Source: an uncultured Chloroflexia bacterium
GTDB lineage: Bacteria > Chloroflexota > Limnocylindria > Limnocylindrales > CSP1-4
DNA: 64,000 nt
Reading direction: 5' to 3'
Assembly: GCA_963828165.1 (NCBI GenBank)
Contig: CAWHDR010000001.1
Location: 2,016,001-2,080,000, forward strand
This document shows positions 60,094 through 64,000 of the stretch, piece by piece. The position numbers were made by a program, and so were the translations under genes. The notes under the pieces were generated by a model. That model was not told the DNA's origin. It worked only from the letters and a program-made list of their open reading frames with translations, and did no database searches. Position 1 is the stretch's first letter. The number at the start of each line of letters is the position of its first letter.

Positions 60094-61294
60094 ATGATCC
60101 GCACCACGCCCTTCCACGAGCGCACGAACGCGCTCAACGAGACGCAACTGTGGAGCCACTGGTCCGGCTACCTCGCCGCGGACCGCTACCAGATGTCGGA
60201 CAAGATGGAGTACTTCGCGGTCCGCAACGCCGCGGGCCTGTTCGACTCGAGTCCGCTGTACAAGTACCGCATCACCGGCAAGGACGCAGAAGCCTTCCTC
60301 GCCGGCGTCCTCGCCCGCGACATCCGAGCGTGTCCACCAGGGGGGGCCCAGTACACCTGCTGGCTCGACGATCGCGGCTTCGTCATCGAGGACGGGGTCA
60401 TCCTCCACACCGCGAAAGACGAGTACCTGCTGACGAGCGCCGAACCCAACTTCGCCTATTTCGCCGACCGCATCGGGCGCCACGACGTCTCGATCGAGGA
60501 GGTGAGCGACGACATCGGGACGCTCGCTCTCCAGGGCCCGCGCTCGCGCGACCTGCTCAAGCGACTCGTTCCGCAGATGGAGAAGATCCCGTACTTCGGT
60601 GTGGCGAAGGGCGAGATCGGCGGGGCGGGCGTGACCGTCAGCCGGACCGGCTACAGCGGCGACCTCGGCTACGAGGTCTGGGTGGACACGCCGGATGCGC
60701 TGCACGTCTGGGACACGCTGTGGGACTCGATGGAGGGCCACGGCGTCCTGCCGTTCGGGCTCGCCGCCCTCTACATGCTCCGCATCGAGGCCGGGTCTGC
60801 TGCTCCTCGACGCCGATTTCGACTCGAGCCGCTTCGCCTGGAACGATTCGCACCGATCGAGCCCGATCGAGCTCGGCTGGTCGTGGATGTTCAAGGACCT
60901 CAAGTCGGACGATCGGGCGTTCATCGGCCGCAAGGCGCTCGAGCGCGAGATCGGCGACAAGACCTCGCGCTGGGCGATGCGCGGCCTCATCGTCGATTGG
61001 CGGGACTACGATCGGGTCTACAACGAGGCCGGGCTCATCCCGCCCAAGGACCACGCGCCGGTCCAGGAGGACTGGATGTGCTACGACGACGACTACCAGC
61101 GTGTCGGCTATGCCACGAGCTTCATGTACTCGCCGATGCTCCAGCGCCACATCGCCATCGCCCGCATCCGCCCGGACCTCGCCAAACTCGGGACCAAGGT
61201 GAACCTGGAGTTCACGGTCGACCACCACTACGAGCAGGTCGCGGCGCACGTCGCGCGGCTGCCGCTCTACAACCCTGAGCGAAAGACGGCCTGA
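60094..61294 (+). CDS. GcvT-family aminomethyltransferase; +1 frameshift near 60795
   Basis: TPFH, AVRNAAGLFD, ALQGPRS, SRTGYSGDLGYE, LRIEAG joins LLLLDADF...FIGRKAL...YSP in the other frame. Confidence 0.88.
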
Positions 61295-61295
61295 C

Positions 61296-63000
61296 ATGAC
61301 GACGACGATCCCGACCCGGAAGCGCCCGACCACCAAGCGCCCCGCATCGACGGCGCCTCCGAAGGGCTCGAAGTCGACGACCGGATCGACGAAGACCAGC
61401 TCACGTGGCGATCGGACCTACGACGCCATCGTGGTCGGTGGCGGCCACAACGGCCTGGTCAACGGCGCCTACCTCGCGAAGGCCGGCCTCAAGACGCTGA
61501 TCATCGAGCGTCGCCACCTCGTCGGCGGTGCGGCCATCACCGAGGAGCTGCGCCCGGGTTTCTGGTTCACGACGTTCTCGTATGCGCTGTCGCTGTTGCG
61601 GCCGGACATCATCCACGACCTGGAGCTGACCAAGCACGGCTTCATGCCCCTGCTGATGTCGACGCTCCTGGCCCCCGGCGAGAACGGCGATTACCTGCTG
61701 TTCACCCAGGACCACAACCAGAACCTCAAGGAGATCGCGCGGCACTCCAAGCACGACGCCGACGCGTACGACCAGTACACCCACGACATCGAGATGGTCT
61801 GCCAGGCCATCAAGCCCCTGCTCGACATGGTCCCGCCCGACATCTTCAGCGACGACCCGGAGGAGCTGATGGCGCTGGCCGGCCTGGGCTCGCGCTTCCG
61901 CAAGCTCGACAAGCGGGTGCTCCATAACGCGGTCCGGCTGCTGACCGGCAGCGCCGCGGACTTCCTCGACGACTACTTCGACTCGGAGCTGCTCAAGGGC
62001 TACCTTGCCTCGCTCGAGCATCATCGGCACGAAGGTCGGGCCGCGCTCGCAGGGTTCGGGACTCGTGCTGCTCTACCACTCGATCGGGGAGCACGACGGC
62101 GAGTTCGGGTCGTGGGCCTTCCACAAGAAGGGCAACGGCGGGTTCACCCAGGTGCTGGCGCGCGCGGCCGAGTCCTACGGCGCGGAGATCATCCTGGAAT
62201 CGCCTGTCGACAGCGTCATCACCAAGAACGGTCGGACGACCGGTGTCGCCCTGGCCGACGGCACGGAGTACTACGCCGATACCGTCGTCAGTGCCCTGGA
62301 CCCCCGCCGGACGTTCCTCGAGCTCGTCAACCCGCGCGAGCTGCCGGACGACCTCGTCGAGAACATCCAGCGGTTCCGCTTCCAGGGAACCTCGTCAAAG
62401 GTGAACTTCGCCCTCGATGGGATCCCGAACTTCCCGCCCCTCGGCCAGAAGCCGGACCACTTCCGCGGGTTCACGAACATCGGGCCGTCGATGGACTACC
62501 TCGAGCGCGCCTTCGACGACGCGAAGTACGGCTGGTACAGCCAGAACCCATACATCGACATGGCCATCCAGTCGACCATCGACGCCGACATGGCCCCGCC
62601 CGGCAAGCACGTCCTGAGCTGTTTCATCCAGTACACGCCGTACCAGCTGCGCGAGAGCGATTGGGACACCGAGAAGGAGAATCTCGGTGACACCGTCCAG
62701 CGCACCCTCGAGCGGTTCTTCCCGGGCTTCGGCGACCTCGTGCTCCAGCGGGAGGTGCGCACGCCGCTCGACATCGAGCGGACGGTCGGCCTGTCCGAGG
62801 GCAACATCTTTGCCGGCGAGTTCTTCGCACCGCAGATGTTCTTCTTCCGGCCGGCACCGGGCTGGAGCCAGTACCGCACGCCGATCGACGGCTACTACCA
62901 GTGCGGCTCGGGCACGCACCCCGGCGGCTGCGTCATGGGCGCGCCGGGCAAGCTCGCGGCCGGCCAGATCCTCAAGGACCGGGCAAAGACCCGCGCGTAG
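61296..63000 (+). CDS. Phytoene-dehydrogenase-like (PYROXD2-type) FAD oxidoreductase; +1 frameshift near 62013
   Basis: IVVGGGHNGL, VGGAAITEE; C-terminal TPLDIE, GNIF, YRTPIDGYYQCGSGTHPGG in the second frame. Confidence 0.88.
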
Positions 63001-63073
63001 ATCCGTCCGGGCATGGAAACGCCCGCCCGGCACTGCGATGTCGAGCGGGCGCTGCCCAGGAGTGTTCGGTGGG

Positions 63074-63616
63074 TTACTGGCCGATCAGCGCGCCCGCGCT
63101 GTCCACGACGTACCACTTCGTGCCGAGGCCCTGGCCGTTGGTGTCGCCGGCCGCGGAGTCGCCCGCGAAGTAGTACAGCGGCCAATCTCCGTACTTGACC
63201 TGCTTGGTCCCGTCCGTCCGGTCGACGGTCGTGAGCTTGGTCGCGTCAAGGCCCGCACCGGCCGAGACGGCCGCAGCGTCCGTGGCGAGCAACGGGGGCC
63301 ACTGGGCGGCGCAGGCGTCGTAACAGGTCGACTCGCCGGAGGTGTCGGGGGTGAACCCGTACAGCGACTTGCCCTTGGCGTCCACGATGATCTCGCCGAG
63401 CGCATTCGTGGCGAGGGCGATCGTGGCGTCGGCGGCCGCAGACGGGGCCTCGGATGCTGGGGCCTCGGACGCCGGCACCTCGGACGGCGCCTCGGACGGC
63501 GCGGCGACGGATGGCGCCGCAACCGACGGCGAGGTGGTCGCGGCAGGCGTCGAGCAGGCTGCGAGCAGTGCGACGAGGCCAAGGACCAGGAACAGGGGTC
63601 GCAGGGTCGAGTGCAT
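63074..63616 (-). CDS. COG4315 / Lipoprotein_15 secreted-repeat lipoprotein
   Basis: Lipobox LAAC, GKSLYGFTPD, CYDACAAQWPP, PLYYFAGD, GQG..W. Confidence 0.9.
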   Translation of the reverse strand: MHSTLRPLFLVLGLVALLAACSTPAATTSPSVAAPSVAAPSEAPSEVPASEAPASEAPSAAADATIALATNALGEIIVDAKGKSLYGFTPDTSGESTCYDACAAQWPPLLATDAAAVSAGAGLDATKLTTVDRTDGTKQVKYGDWPLYYFAGDSAAGDTNGQGLGTKWYVVDSAGALIGQ

Positions 63617-63653
63617 CCGGTGATCTCCAGTCGGGCGGGTTCGGTTCACCCAT

Positions 63654-63683
63654 GTCTACGCTCCTGAAGAGATCCTGGTTTTG
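63654..63683 (-). promoter_or_regulatory. Possible ECF sigma promoter
   Basis: CAAAACC-N16-CGTAGAC upstream of the lipoprotein gene (AAC / CGT ECF pattern). Confidence 0.4.
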
Positions 63684-63833
63684 CGCCCGAGTCAGGCGCG
63701 TGCGTGATGCGATCCGCACACTCCGGCCGGCTACAACGCTTGACGCCACCACGAATCGCAGCGCGGCGACGCCGGGGAAGAGCCACCGCCCCGAGCCCAC
63801 CGAGTGGGTGCCGCCCGGCATACCATGCCGGCC

Positions 63834-64000
63834 ATGACGCCCGCGAACACCGCCACTCCGATGGGCTCGCCGACCGGCACCCTCTTCTTCGTCCACGGCG
63901 CCAACGAGACGTCCGAGGGCTTGGCAACGAACCTGTCGCGTATCGAGGATCAGGTCCGCAGGCGCGGCTGGGACGTGCGAGTCGTCGGCCCCGAATGGCG
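63834..64000 (+). CDS. N-terminus of an alpha/beta-hydrolase-like protein, truncated by the window edge
   Basis: Open to the window end; TLFFVHGAN motif; TACCAT at 63821. Confidence 0.55.
   Translation, partial: MTPANTATPMGSPTGTLFFVHGANETSEGLATNLSRIEDQVRRRGWDVRVVGPEW

Noticed and set aside
59399-63000. Pseudogenes or programmed frameshifting
   Set aside because: All lesions are +1 insertions with no nonsense codons or slippery heptamers; better explained as sequencing error.
60094-63000. Glycine cleavage system or carotenoid biosynthesis
   Set aside because: No gcvH/gcvP or crtB/crtE nearby; motifs fit the stand-alone GcvT-like and PYROXD2-like subfamilies.

Overview
A very GC-rich, gene-dense bacterial chromosomal segment with about 60 CDS. 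Gene content suggests Chloroflexota, possibly Limnocylindria, or another high-GC soil lineage (inference only). I found no rRNA, tRNA, CRISPR array, transposase or prophage. Content: moaA, purine nucleoside phosphorylase, thyX, three DNA glycosylases (AlkZ-like, Tag, HhH-GPD), a cyclase-STAND-TPR gene with two stand-alone cNMP-binding proteins and a flavoprotein, a SolA/CocE/peptide-ABC catabolic cluster, cell-wall enzymes, a 6xGAF+4xPAS histidine kinase with two response regulators, a DEAD-box helicase, MocR, WYL and TetR regulators, a HipA-like kinase/DUF3037 pair, an acyl-ACP desaturase, and a GcvT-like plus phytoene-dehydrogenase-like pair. Highlights: a GIY-YIG-like domain fused to an intact GreA; the cyclic-nucleotide locus; a DnaA-box cluster with a promoter and structured RNA ahead of PNP; a WYL operator shared with an orphan micro-gene; a secreted caspase/CHAT-fold protease candidate; and pervasive leaderless promoter architecture. 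Six +1 frameshifts look like sequencing errors. Family assignments come from motif recognition by eye, not from database searches.
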